Below, one piece after another: positions 27,983 through 36,728 of a DNA stretch of 64,000 bases. Under the pieces are notes generated by a model. The model was not told where the DNA came from and made no database searches. It saw nothing but the letters and a program-made list of their open reading frames with translations. The position numbers were made by a program, and so were the translations under genes. Source of the DNA: Nitrospinales bacterium (lineage in GTDB: Bacteria > Nitrospinota > Nitrospinia > Nitrospinales > VA-1); NCBI GenBank assembly GCA_965223345.1, contig CBDCWG010000012.1:704001-768000 (forward strand), in the 5' to 3' direction. Numbering within the stretch: position 1 is the stretch's first letter; each line of letters opens with the position of its first letter.

Positions 27983-29185
27983 TTGACCGACCGGACTCAA
28001 CTTCAATCGTCGGGATACATGCCGCACCTGGATGCCTTGCGGGCGTTTGCGGTGATCGCGGTTTTGATCCATCATTTTTCTCCCAACGACTTTTCCGAAA
28101 AATTTCAGCTCGGCCATTCGGGGGTGCAGCTGTTTTTTGTGCTGAGCGGTTTTCTCATCACCGGCATCCTGCTCAAAGATCGGGAGCGATCTTCCTCGAC
28201 CCGACGAAGCGGCGGGGCCGTTCTCGGGTCTTTTTACTGCCGCCGGTTTCTGCGGATTTTTCCCGCCTACTACATCGCGCTGGTGATCGCGTGGATCGCT
28301 GGAAACAGCGAAGTGCGGCAGGATTTACTCTGGCATGCGACCTACAGTTCCAATTTTCTGATCGCCGACCGCGGCGATTGGGGACTTTCCACCAGCCATT
28401 TCTGGACCCTGGCCGTGGAGCAGCAGTTTTACCTGTTCTGGCCGCTGTGCATTCTTTTTATCCGCAAGAGTTTCATCCTCCCCCTGATCGTCGCGATGAT
28501 CTTTTGCGGGCCGTTGTTTCGCCTGTCGGGTTACGAGTGGTTGGGGTTGCCGGACATCGCCATATTCACGCTGCCTTTTTCCTCCTGGGACAGTTTGGGG
28601 ATGGGGGCGTTTCTGGCCTGGGTGCAGCACAAGCCGAGGCTCCGTGAAACCGTGATGAAAGTGGGCTTCTGGATGTTCGTCTTCTCTGCGGTCTGGATGG
28701 GGCTGGAATTGAAACAGTATTTTCTGCAGGCGGACGTCGTGTGGATGGAGGGAGTGCGGGCGGCGGGCTTCTGCTGGCTTGTCGGCCGCGCGGCACAGGG
28801 AATGGGTCGTTTTACAGGACGCTGGTTCAAGACCCGACCCCTGGTTTATCTGGGCAAGATCAGCTACGGCGTGTATGTCTACCATCTTTTCACACCGTTG
28901 ATGTTGCGCGCCGTTTTCGATTTCTGGGGATGGTCTTATCCGGACAACCCGGCTTTGGCATTCAGCCTGTGCTTTCTCACCACGCTGGCCTTCGCCGTGC
29001 TCTCCTGGCACTGGATGGAAAAACCGATCCTATCCCTGAAATCGAGAATAAACGCGCTCGATCTGCGCTCATTGCGCAAGCCGGATTCCAGCGGCGCCGT
29101 CGCATCCGTTCCGCAAACCGGGCCGGTGTTTTCCATGGCGGCGGCCCCTTTCAAATTCAAAACCACACACACAGAGCCGGGATGA
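27983..29185 (+). CDS. Acyltransferase-3 (OafA-like) membrane O-acyltransferase
   Basis: LDALRAFAV, GVQLFFVLSGFLI, RRFLRIFP, HFWTLAVEQQFY, GKISYGVYVYH. Confidence 0.92.
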   Translation: MTDRTQLQSSGYMPHLDALRAFAVIAVLIHHFSPNDFSEKFQLGHSGVQLFFVLSGFLITGILLKDRERSSSTRRSGGAVLGSFYCRRFLRIFPAYYIALVIAWIAGNSEVRQDLLWHATYSSNFLIADRGDWGLSTSHFWTLAVEQQFYLFWPLCILFIRKSFILPLIVAMIFCGPLFRLSGYEWLGLPDIAIFTLPFSSWDSLGMGAFLAWVQHKPRLRETVMKVGFWMFVFSAVWMGLELKQYFLQADVVWMEGVRAAGFCWLVGRAAQGMGRFTGRWFKTRPLVYLGKISYGVYVYHLFTPLMLRAVFDFWGWSYPDNPALAFSLCFLTTLAFAVLSWHWMEKPILSLKSRINALDLRSLRKPDSSGAVASVPQTGPVFSMAAAPFKFKTTHTEPG

Positions 29186-29186
29186 T

Positions 29187-30218
29187 TCACCAGCGGTAGG
29201 AGAGGTTGAACGAGCCGAAATTGTCCTCCTGCGGCTGGCCGTCAAATTCCTTGGTGCGGAAGATGTTGGTGAATCCCAGACGGAAATTGCGAAAAAGGGT
29301 CACGACGATCCCCACCTGAAGGTCGCCGACGAGGGTTTTTTTATCGACGCTGTGGCTGTCCGCGAACGTGTTGCCGTCGAGGAAGATGTTTCTGCCCACG
29401 GCCCGGCCTTCCACGCCGGCGAACAGATACCAGGTGAATTTGTTTGTGGGCTTGAAGAAACCGGAGCCGGACAGGCCCGGCCGGATCCTCGGCGGGCCGT
29501 AGTCGTTGGGCAGATCGTTGCCGATGCGGACCGTGACCCCCGTCGCAAAATACGTGTACACGTTTCCCAGCGCGAACCCGGCATGCGGCGTGAGATCGGC
29601 GTGCGTGGTCCATTTTTCTTCCTTGGGGCGGATCGGCCACTTGCGTTCGTAAAACAGCACGATGCCCGGCTCGTTTTCCAGCTGGTTGTCCCACCCCTTG
29701 GGCAGGTTGGAACTGATGAGGCGGTGCCACTGCGTCTGCACCTGTTCGGCGAGGGAAGCCGGACCCACCACCCCCAGGTTCAGTTCCAGGTTTTCCATGA
29801 AAGGCCGCCGCTCGCCGCCCCCTTCCGAGACGAACCCGGCTCCCAAATACAGCCATCCGGCATAGGGCCGGTCGTTCTCGATCAACTGTTCCTGCTCGAT
29901 GTCTTCGGGCGTGAATATGTTCTGCCCAAGGATGAAACTGACGCGGCGGGTTTTGGGAATGAGAAAATCCGGTATCGCTGCCAGGACCGTGGATTTTATT
30001 TCTTTTTCGAGATGGGTGGGCTTTTCCGCAGACAGGTAGGAGATCCGGGAGCCGTGGGTGTAATGGCGGTCCGAACCCCTTCCGAACAGATCGTTTTCAA
30101 ACTGCACATTGATGTATTGGCCCAGATCGTATTTGCTGGGTTCGCCTTCATCCTCCGCTGCAAGAAGGGCAGGGAACAGGATGCAGAAGCAGAGCGCACC
30201 AGCCAAGAGCCGCAACAT
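29187..30218 (-). CDS. lpxR: Lipid A 3'-O-deacylase LpxR family outer-membrane protein
   Basis: Signal peptide, ENDLF..SDRHYTHG, GQNIFTP, DRPYAGWLY, GWDNQL, C-terminal aromatic residue. Confidence 0.85.
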   Translation of the reverse strand: MLRLLAGALCFCILFPALLAAEDEGEPSKYDLGQYINVQFENDLFGRGSDRHYTHGSRISYLSAEKPTHLEKEIKSTVLAAIPDFLIPKTRRVSFILGQNIFTPEDIEQEQLIENDRPYAGWLYLGAGFVSEGGGERRPFMENLELNLGVVGPASLAEQVQTQWHRLISSNLPKGWDNQLENEPGIVLFYERKWPIRPKEEKWTTHADLTPHAGFALGNVYTYFATGVTVRIGNDLPNDYGPPRIRPGLSGSGFFKPTNKFTWYLFAGVEGRAVGRNIFLDGNTFADSHSVDKKTLVGDLQVGIVVTLFRNFRLGFTNIFRTKEFDGQPQEDNFGSFNLSYRW

Positions 30219-30252
30219 GGGTGTTCCAGTCTCCAGAGAAATGAGGAGGGAA

Positions 30253-30336
30253 TGCCGGAGGACGGACTCGAACCGTCACGGGGTTGCCCCCACTGGATTT
30301 TGAGTCCAGCGCGTCTACCAATTCCACCACTCCGGC
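30253..30336 (-). tRNA. tRNA-Leu (anticodon CAA)
   Basis: GCCGGAGTGGTGGAATTGGTAGACGCGCTGGA-CTCAAAA-TCCAG, long variable arm, GGTTCGAGTCC; CCA end not encoded. Confidence 0.96.
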
Positions 30337-30349
30337 ATTTGAGCGGCCT

Positions 30350-30378
30350 AAGTTATCACAGGGAAAGGCTCATTTCAA
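30350..30378 (-). promoter_or_regulatory. Putative sigma70 promoter of tRNA-Leu
   Basis: Minus strand TTGAAA-N17-TAACTT with an extended TG, just upstream of the tRNA. Confidence 0.5.
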
Positions 30379-30402
30379 TTGGCAGTGACGCCCGATTCCT
30401 TT

Positions 30403-32196
30403 TCACGAGGGGCCGTTTGGCGGCGGGGTCCGGGCGATGAGCTGGCGGATCTGCTCGGCCTGGGGCTGGTGCGGGTCCAGATTGAGGGCGCGGGAGAAAT
30501 ACAGGCGTCCCAGTTCGGGCTTGCCGAGATGGAAATAGTTCAACACGCCGAGGTTGCGCATGGCGGCGGTGTAATTGGGGTTGAGCTCGATGGCGGTCTG
30601 GTAATGCCGGGCTGCCTGTTCGTGCTGTCCCAGGTTTTGCCTGAGTTCTCCCAGTTTTCCGTGCACTTCCGGGATCTCGGGTTTGATTTGTTTGGCATGC
30701 GTGAGAAGCCGCAACGCGTCCTCAAGCTTCCCCCGGGCGAACTGCAACTCACCGAGGTTGTAGTTGGAAATGAAGATGTTCGGGGCTTTCTGCAGCGATT
30801 CTTCATACAGTTGAACGGCTCGTTCGGTGTCCCCTGCGAGCTGGTGCGCGCGCGCGAGGTTGATGAGAGGACGCACGAGCTGCGCCGATTTTTTTTGCGT
30901 GTCTTCCCACAGGGTCTGCTCGCTCCTCCAATCGAGGTTTCTGTGCATCGTCATGAGGCTTGAGCAACTCAACACGACGAAGGCCAGGACCCCGGCTGTC
31001 CGGACATTGAGCGGCTGCGTTTTCAAGGGAAAAACGCGAATGGCCTTCACGCCGATCAGGAGAACGGCGAGGATGATCCCGTAGGCGGCGAGGTACACGC
31101 GGTGCTCGGCGGCGAGATCGTGCAGGGTGACGATGGAGGAGGAGGGCGACAGAATGATCACAAACCAGCCGAGACAAAAAAGGTAAATGCACGATGCGGC
31201 CTTGCGGATCGCCAAATAGAGGATTCCCGCCATCACGCAAAGCGCCGATAGCAGGGGCAGTGAAAAAAAGCGCGTGATCACCGGAATGTCGGGATCGATG
31301 TTCAGGTTGACCGGGAACAGCAGCAGCTTGAGGTAGTAATACACCAGCACCACCGGCTGGGTCTGCATGTAGTTTTTTCTTCCCACCATTTGATGCGGAT
31401 CGACCGGGCCGATCAAGAACGTCTCGTCGGAGAGCAGCTTGCGCAGAAGCAGGAGTCCGGCTGCAAGCCCGATTGCGGCGAGCGGCCATCGCCAGCGTTG
31501 CAAAAACAGGAGCGCCGGTGCGTTTGCAGGCGAGATGCAAAGCCAGTACAAAAGCAGCACCGCGGGCAGGGTGATGACGGTCTGTTTGACGCCGAAACCC
31601 AGGACAAACAGCAAGGCGATCCCCGTACCCCAAAGCAGGAATGAGGATGGTTTTTTCTTGTCGGAATCCAGATAAATCAGAAAGCCATAAAAAGCCAGCA
31701 GGTAAAAGGTGGCGGCGAGTATTTCAGAGCGGCTCATGATGTAGAGAACCGATTCGGTCTGGATGGGATGGCTCAGAAACAACAGACCCGCCAGTAAGGC
31801 AAGCCCAACGCCTTGCCCTGCCTCCGGTATCCTGCTGGTTGCAAACTGCCGCAGGATTTTTTCGCTGATCAGGAATATCAGGATGGCGTTGACGATGTGA
31901 AGCAGGAGGTTGAGCAGGTGGTAGCCGAATGGATTTTGGTTGCCCAGCAGCGCGTTGACGGCGAGAGACATCTGCAGCAGGCTGCGGGAAAAGTACTGCT
32001 GCGTGAAAAACCGCAGCGTGAGCATGTTTTCCGGATCGCTGAGGTTCTGTTTCTCGATGTAGGCGACGGTGTCGAACTGGAAGGGATTGTGCAGATGGTT
32101 CGCGTAAATCAGCACGCCGACAAGCGTGATCAGAACCATGCCTGTGATCCGCAAGGTAACGAGGCGGGATGTCCGGGGAAACGGTACGTGTTTCAT
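30403..32196 (-). CDS. TMTC-like multi-pass membrane protein with C-terminal TPRs (putative GT-C)
   Basis: FQFDT, YHLLNLLLH, HPIQTESVLYI..RS, AEHRVYL, RN.DW..E..LW, TPRs. Confidence 0.85.
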   Translation of the reverse strand: MKHVPFPRTSRLVTLRITGMVLITLVGVLIYANHLHNPFQFDTVAYIEKQNLSDPENMLTLRFFTQQYFSRSLLQMSLAVNALLGNQNPFGYHLLNLLLHIVNAILIFLISEKILRQFATSRIPEAGQGVGLALLAGLLFLSHPIQTESVLYIMSRSEILAATFYLLAFYGFLIYLDSDKKKPSSFLLWGTGIALLFVLGFGVKQTVITLPAVLLLYWLCISPANAPALLFLQRWRWPLAAIGLAAGLLLLRKLLSDETFLIGPVDPHQMVGRKNYMQTQPVVLVYYYLKLLLFPVNLNIDPDIPVITRFFSLPLLSALCVMAGILYLAIRKAASCIYLFCLGWFVIILSPSSSIVTLHDLAAEHRVYLAAYGIILAVLLIGVKAIRVFPLKTQPLNVRTAGVLAFVVLSCSSLMTMHRNLDWRSEQTLWEDTQKKSAQLVRPLINLARAHQLAGDTERAVQLYEESLQKAPNIFISNYNLGELQFARGKLEDALRLLTHAKQIKPEIPEVHGKLGELRQNLGQHEQAARHYQTAIELNPNYTAAMRNLGVLNYFHLGKPELGRLYFSRALNLDPHQPQAEQIRQLIARTPPPNGPS

Positions 32197-34133
32197 GGAT
32201 CGGGTTTGTCCTGAAACGTTTGCGCGATTTTCAGCAATTGCCGGGCCTTGTCGTTTTCAGGCTGCAATTTGAGCAGGGCGCTCAGATGCGACCGGGCTTC
32301 CGCAAAGCGTTTTTGTGCCAGATACAGGCTCGCCAGGTTGTTGTGGATCTTCGGGGAGTCCTTTTCCAGGGCGAGCGCCTGTTTGAATGCCGGCTCGGCG
32401 CGCGAGAAGTTTTTCAGGTTGTAAAAAATGATGCCGGTGTTGTTGAGGGCCTGCGGGTGGTCGGGGTCGAGGCGCAGCACTTCGCGGTATTCCTGCAAGG
32501 CGTCGTCGAACCGGCGCTGCCCGCGGTAGGCATTTCCGAGATGAAAACGGTATTGCGACCGATGCGGTTTCAGCGCTACGGCTTGTTCCAGAAACGGCGT
32601 GGCTTCGGCTGGCATGTCGAGCCGCATCCGCACGAGGCCGGCGTTGAAAAAGGCCTCGGCTTTCGCCGATCCCAAAAGCAAGGCCCGGTCGAAATGGTGT
32701 TTCGCCTCCTGCCAGCGTTCTTTTCTGGAAAGGATGTGGCCGAGATTGATGTGCGCGTCCGAATGCGACGGATCGAGCTTGAGCGCCTGCAGGAAAGCCT
32801 GCCGCGCAGCGGGAAAGTTCTCTTCTGCCAGATGCGCGGTCCCCAGGTTGTTGTGGACCAGGGCTTTTTGCGGGGATTTGAACGCGGTGTCCTGCCAGAG
32901 GCGGACCTCGCTGCGGTAATCCAGACTGCGGTTCAGGTTGAGTGCGGCCCACAAGGCGAACAGGGCAAACACGCTCAACCGTCTCAGTCGGGTAGAGGCG
33001 GGGACTTTCAACAGCAACAGGGCCAGCAGCAGACTGACGCCCAGTCCCGGCAGGTAAGCGCGGTGTTCGGTGGCGATCTGTTTCAAGGGGATCAGGCTGG
33101 AGGTCGGCAGCACGGTCAAGAGGCCCCAGAGCAAGGCGAAGCGGATCAGGTTGGATTTCTGATGCCAGCCCCAAATGGTCAGAACCAGCAGCACACCAAG
33201 CGCGGCGATCCAATGCGGGTTGAGGGTGGATGCAATCAGGCGGGCGTCCGGCTCGAAATTCAGACTGAAGGGAAGGATCAGCTTGAGCAGGTAGTGCCCG
33301 GCGATGACCTGGATCTGCGTTAGCAGGTATCCCCATCGATCGATGGCGGCGGAGTCCGGATCGGCTCTCAGGGTCAACAACCCTCCCAGGTGCCAGTAGC
33401 GGTACGCGAGGTAGGCCAGAAGCGGGGCTGCGATCATGAGGCCCGGTTTCAGCAGGTCTTTTTTGCGCCCCTGTGGTGTGCGCAGCCAGAGAAAGACCCC
33501 GGCGAGCAGCGGCAGCGTGACGATGATTTCTTTCGTTCCGGTTCCCAGTGCAAAGAAGAACAGCGTCCCCAGGATCGCCGGAAGGGCGTACTGACTCTGA
33601 TTATGTTCATCTTTAAAAGCATGCAGAAAACAGTACAGTCCGAGCACGAAGAAGAACGTGGCCAGCACAGAGGAACGGCTGGAAAGATAGGTCACCGATT
33701 CGACGGTCATCGGATGCAGAAGATGAATCGCAGCCGCAAACAGGGGCAGGGGAGCCAGCCGGGTTCTCGTAGCCTTTGGTTCCAGCAGCGTGAGTTTCGC
33801 GGTCAAAAAATAAAACACCAGGCTGACGCCGATGTGCAGCCAGATGTTGACCAGGTGATAGCCCAGCACATTCAATTCACCCAGGTGGCGGTTGAGCGCA
33901 AAGGTCCACAGTAGCACCGAACGGTTCAAAATGTTTTCGATCCCGACGTCGCGCTGGAAATTTGCGAAGTCCCGGATGTGCGGGTTGTCCACGATGGCGT
34001 GCGCGTCGTCGTACAGAAACGGGGACTGAAGCGTGCCAAACCCGGCGAGGATGCCCAAAGCGCTCAACAGCACAATCGCTCGCAAGTCCCGCCGGACAGG
34101 TTCTGTGAACAGGGTGTGTTTGCACACGATCAT
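32193..34133 (-). CDS. TMTC-like multi-pass membrane protein with C-terminal TPRs (putative GT-C)
   Basis: FLYDD, YHLVNIWLH, HPMTVESVTYLSSRS, KE, TEHRAYLP, TPRs. Confidence 0.87.
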   Translation of the reverse strand: MIVCKHTLFTEPVRRDLRAIVLLSALGILAGFGTLQSPFLYDDAHAIVDNPHIRDFANFQRDVGIENILNRSVLLWTFALNRHLGELNVLGYHLVNIWLHIGVSLVFYFLTAKLTLLEPKATRTRLAPLPLFAAAIHLLHPMTVESVTYLSSRSSVLATFFFVLGLYCFLHAFKDEHNQSQYALPAILGTLFFFALGTGTKEIIVTLPLLAGVFLWLRTPQGRKKDLLKPGLMIAAPLLAYLAYRYWHLGGLLTLRADPDSAAIDRWGYLLTQIQVIAGHYLLKLILPFSLNFEPDARLIASTLNPHWIAALGVLLVLTIWGWHQKSNLIRFALLWGLLTVLPTSSLIPLKQIATEHRAYLPGLGVSLLLALLLLKVPASTRLRRLSVFALFALWAALNLNRSLDYRSEVRLWQDTAFKSPQKALVHNNLGTAHLAEENFPAARQAFLQALKLDPSHSDAHINLGHILSRKERWQEAKHHFDRALLLGSAKAEAFFNAGLVRMRLDMPAEATPFLEQAVALKPHRSQYRFHLGNAYRGQRRFDDALQEYREVLRLDPDHPQALNNTGIIFYNLKNFSRAEPAFKQALALEKDSPKIHNNLASLYLAQKRFAEARSHLSALLKLQPENDKARQLLKIAQTFQDKPDP

Positions 34134-34142
34134 GGGCGATGT

Positions 34143-36320
34143 TCAGGAAAGGTTCTGCAATAACCGGGTGATTTCTTGTTTTTGCACGGGCGGCGGATTC
34201 AGGGCCAGGCTTTTTTCATACTCTGCCTGAGCCTGTTGCAACCGGCCCATCTGCTGATGATTCCAGCCGATGTGGTAGTGCGCGCGTGCGTCGGGCCCCT
34301 TGACCCGTAAAAAACGCTCGAAGGTTTCGGTGGAGCGGTCCCACTGCTTTTTTTTCTGCAGCACCTGCGCCAGATTGAACAGAGCGGGCTCGAAGTCGGC
34401 ATTCAAAGAAAGGCAGGATGCAAACCAGTGTTCCGCCTGTTGCAGTTTGCCGAGCGCCGAGTAAGCCACTCCCAGGTTGTAGTGCGCCAGAGCGAGCGAG
34501 GGTTCGCTTTTGACGGCGCGGTGAAACTGTTCGACCGCCGCTTCAAAACGCCCGGACTTTCCATACAGTTCCCCGAGATTGAGCCGCGCCAGGGCGTCGT
34601 CCTCGACGCCGGTGGCGGCCTTTTGGGCGGCCAGGGCGGAAAGATAGTATTTCTCGGCGTTGGCGTTGCTGCCGAGACGCGCGTGGATCGAACCCAGGCC
34701 GAGCAGAGCGCCGTAGTGATTGGGATGCAGACCGAGCGTCGTCTGGTATTCGGCGGCGGCGCGGTCCAGCTGCCCGAGATCCAGGTAGACGCTGGCCAGA
34801 TTGTAATGCGGTTCCACCAGATCCGCTCTGAGCACCCGGTTTGCATGCGGGGCCTTCGATGCCGGTTTGCCCTGTTTGCGTTCGAGCCACTGCGCGGGGT
34901 CTTGCAGATTGTATTGCAGGGCCGTGTATCGGGGGATGTTCGCCACGCTCTGTTTGAAATGCCGCAGCGCCTGTTTGAGGTCGCCGCTTTCGTAGTGCGC
35001 CTTGCCGAGGTTGTTGTGGGTGCGGGGGGAGTGCGGGTTTTTCTTCACCGCATCGCTCCACAGGCTCTTTTCGTCGATCCACACGCGGTTGCGGTCGAGG
35101 GCGCCGGCCCCCAGCAGGATCAGCAGCACCCACACCCAGGCACGCCGCTGTGTGAAAAGAAGGTGCCGCAAGCCCCAGCCCGCGATGAGGCCGAGCCCGA
35201 GGGTTGTGGGCAGGTACATGCGGTGTTCCACCGCCAGGTCGTTCAGAGGCACGAGGGTGGAGGTGGGGGCGAGGGCCAAAAGAAACCAAAGCACCCCGAC
35301 GCGGACCCAAAGGTTGCCGAAGCGCAGCGCAACGATCGACAGCGCGATCAGCAGGAGTAGAGCCAGCACGATCGTGGGGTCCGAAAAGACGCTGCTGAAG
35401 GGAAAGCCTGCGTCCACGTTCAGGTTGAAGGGAACGGCGAACAGCTTGAGGTAATAAAACACGATCACCTTCATCTGCATCCAGAAGTAGGGTCCGCGCC
35501 CGTAAAGCTCCAGTCCCTGATCCTTCGGCGCATACAGAAATCCCGGTGCGAAGTACAGAACGGCCCCCACCGCGAGCAGCATCCCACCGAGCCCGAATGC
35601 CAACGTTTTTCTCTGCCTCAAACGGTTCCACAGGCCGGGGTGTTTTTGCGGGCAGACAAAGGCGAAAAAACACAGTGCCAGAGCTGCGGGAAGGGTGACG
35701 GCGATCAATTTGGACGCGAGCGCCAGGTAGATCAGCAGGGGCAGCAGGATCGTGAGCGCGAGTACGATCTTGAAACGATTTGCCAGAGGACGGGCGGAAA
35801 ACAGCGATAGAAACGCATACAGCGCTGCAAGGTAGAAAAACGTCGCCAGCAGCGTCGAACGCGAAGAGATGTAGGACACTGAATCGGTGTTCAAAGGATG
35901 CACGACAAACAGCAGAGCCGTCAAAAGCGGCAGGGCGAGATCGGTTGCGGTGGAAGAAGCGGAATGCGCAGGCTGCGGGGACACCCAGGATTGCGTTTTG
36001 AGCAGGATGAAAAAGATCAGCAGGGTCACCCAGAGGTGCAAAACAAGGTTGATCAGGTGAAAACCCAACACGCGATTCGGGTGCAGCGTGTTGTTGAGAG
36101 CGAGTGTGAGCAGCAGGACAGGCCGGTTTTTGTATTCTTTCAGCCCGACCTGTTCGCCGAAGGCATCGAGGTCGGCGATCCACGGCTTTTCGATCAGGTT
36201 GCGGTCGTCGAATTGAAACGTGCCGCCCAGAGAGTTGAAGTAAACCAGAATCCCGACACCCACCAGCAGGTAGCAGGCGAGGATGCGTGCTTTTAGGGGA
36301 GGGAGGGAGATCGTGCTCAC
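34143..36320 (-). CDS. TMTC-like multi-pass membrane protein with C-terminal TPRs (putative GT-C)
   Basis: FQFDD, NRP, FHLINLVLH, HPLNTDSVSYISSRS, VEHRMYLP, TPRs; GTG with an AGGAG RBS. Confidence 0.87.
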   Translation of the reverse strand: MSTISLPPLKARILACYLLVGVGILVYFNSLGGTFQFDDRNLIEKPWIADLDAFGEQVGLKEYKNRPVLLLTLALNNTLHPNRVLGFHLINLVLHLWVTLLIFFILLKTQSWVSPQPAHSASSTATDLALPLLTALLFVVHPLNTDSVSYISSRSTLLATFFYLAALYAFLSLFSARPLANRFKIVLALTILLPLLIYLALASKLIAVTLPAALALCFFAFVCPQKHPGLWNRLRQRKTLAFGLGGMLLAVGAVLYFAPGFLYAPKDQGLELYGRGPYFWMQMKVIVFYYLKLFAVPFNLNVDAGFPFSSVFSDPTIVLALLLLIALSIVALRFGNLWVRVGVLWFLLALAPTSTLVPLNDLAVEHRMYLPTTLGLGLIAGWGLRHLLFTQRRAWVWVLLILLGAGALDRNRVWIDEKSLWSDAVKKNPHSPRTHNNLGKAHYESGDLKQALRHFKQSVANIPRYTALQYNLQDPAQWLERKQGKPASKAPHANRVLRADLVEPHYNLASVYLDLGQLDRAAAEYQTTLGLHPNHYGALLGLGSIHARLGSNANAEKYYLSALAAQKAATGVEDDALARLNLGELYGKSGRFEAAVEQFHRAVKSEPSLALAHYNLGVAYSALGKLQQAEHWFASCLSLNADFEPALFNLAQVLQKKKQWDRSTETFERFLRVKGPDARAHYHIGWNHQQMGRLQQAQAEYEKSLALNPPPVQKQEITRLLQNLS

Positions 36321-36728
36321 GGACGGCTCCTGAAAACCGGGTGTGGTGACTTGCGGAACGGATTTGTGTCATATCGGAACCCTGCCGGGCGGGGACTCCT
36401 GTGAATGGGGGCTTTGCGGGAAGAAAATTCGACCATTTGCATGAATTTCGCTAACTACTATTAAAATAATGGGTTATGGCATTCCGGCGCGTTTGCGGAC
36501 AGGGTGGAAATCCGGTTTTTCAGGGGTTGCAATCGTAAAAATTTACCAAAAATTATAAAAAATCGTCCGCATTTGGTGGCAAAAAGGGTCTGAATTTTTA
36601 GGACTTTTAAAGTTGTTGAAAAAAGTGTATACTTTTATGCATACTTTGCTTTTTATGTTTAAAAAATATGTGGAACTGCGGGTTTCTTTTTCACCTTTAA
36701 GAACGAGGCGTCTGAAACGGGATAATTT

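Noticed and set aside
21623..30336. tRNA-anchored genomic island as a formal mobile element
   Set aside because: No integrase, no duplicated tRNA 3' end found, and no obvious compositional shift; kept only as a hypothesis
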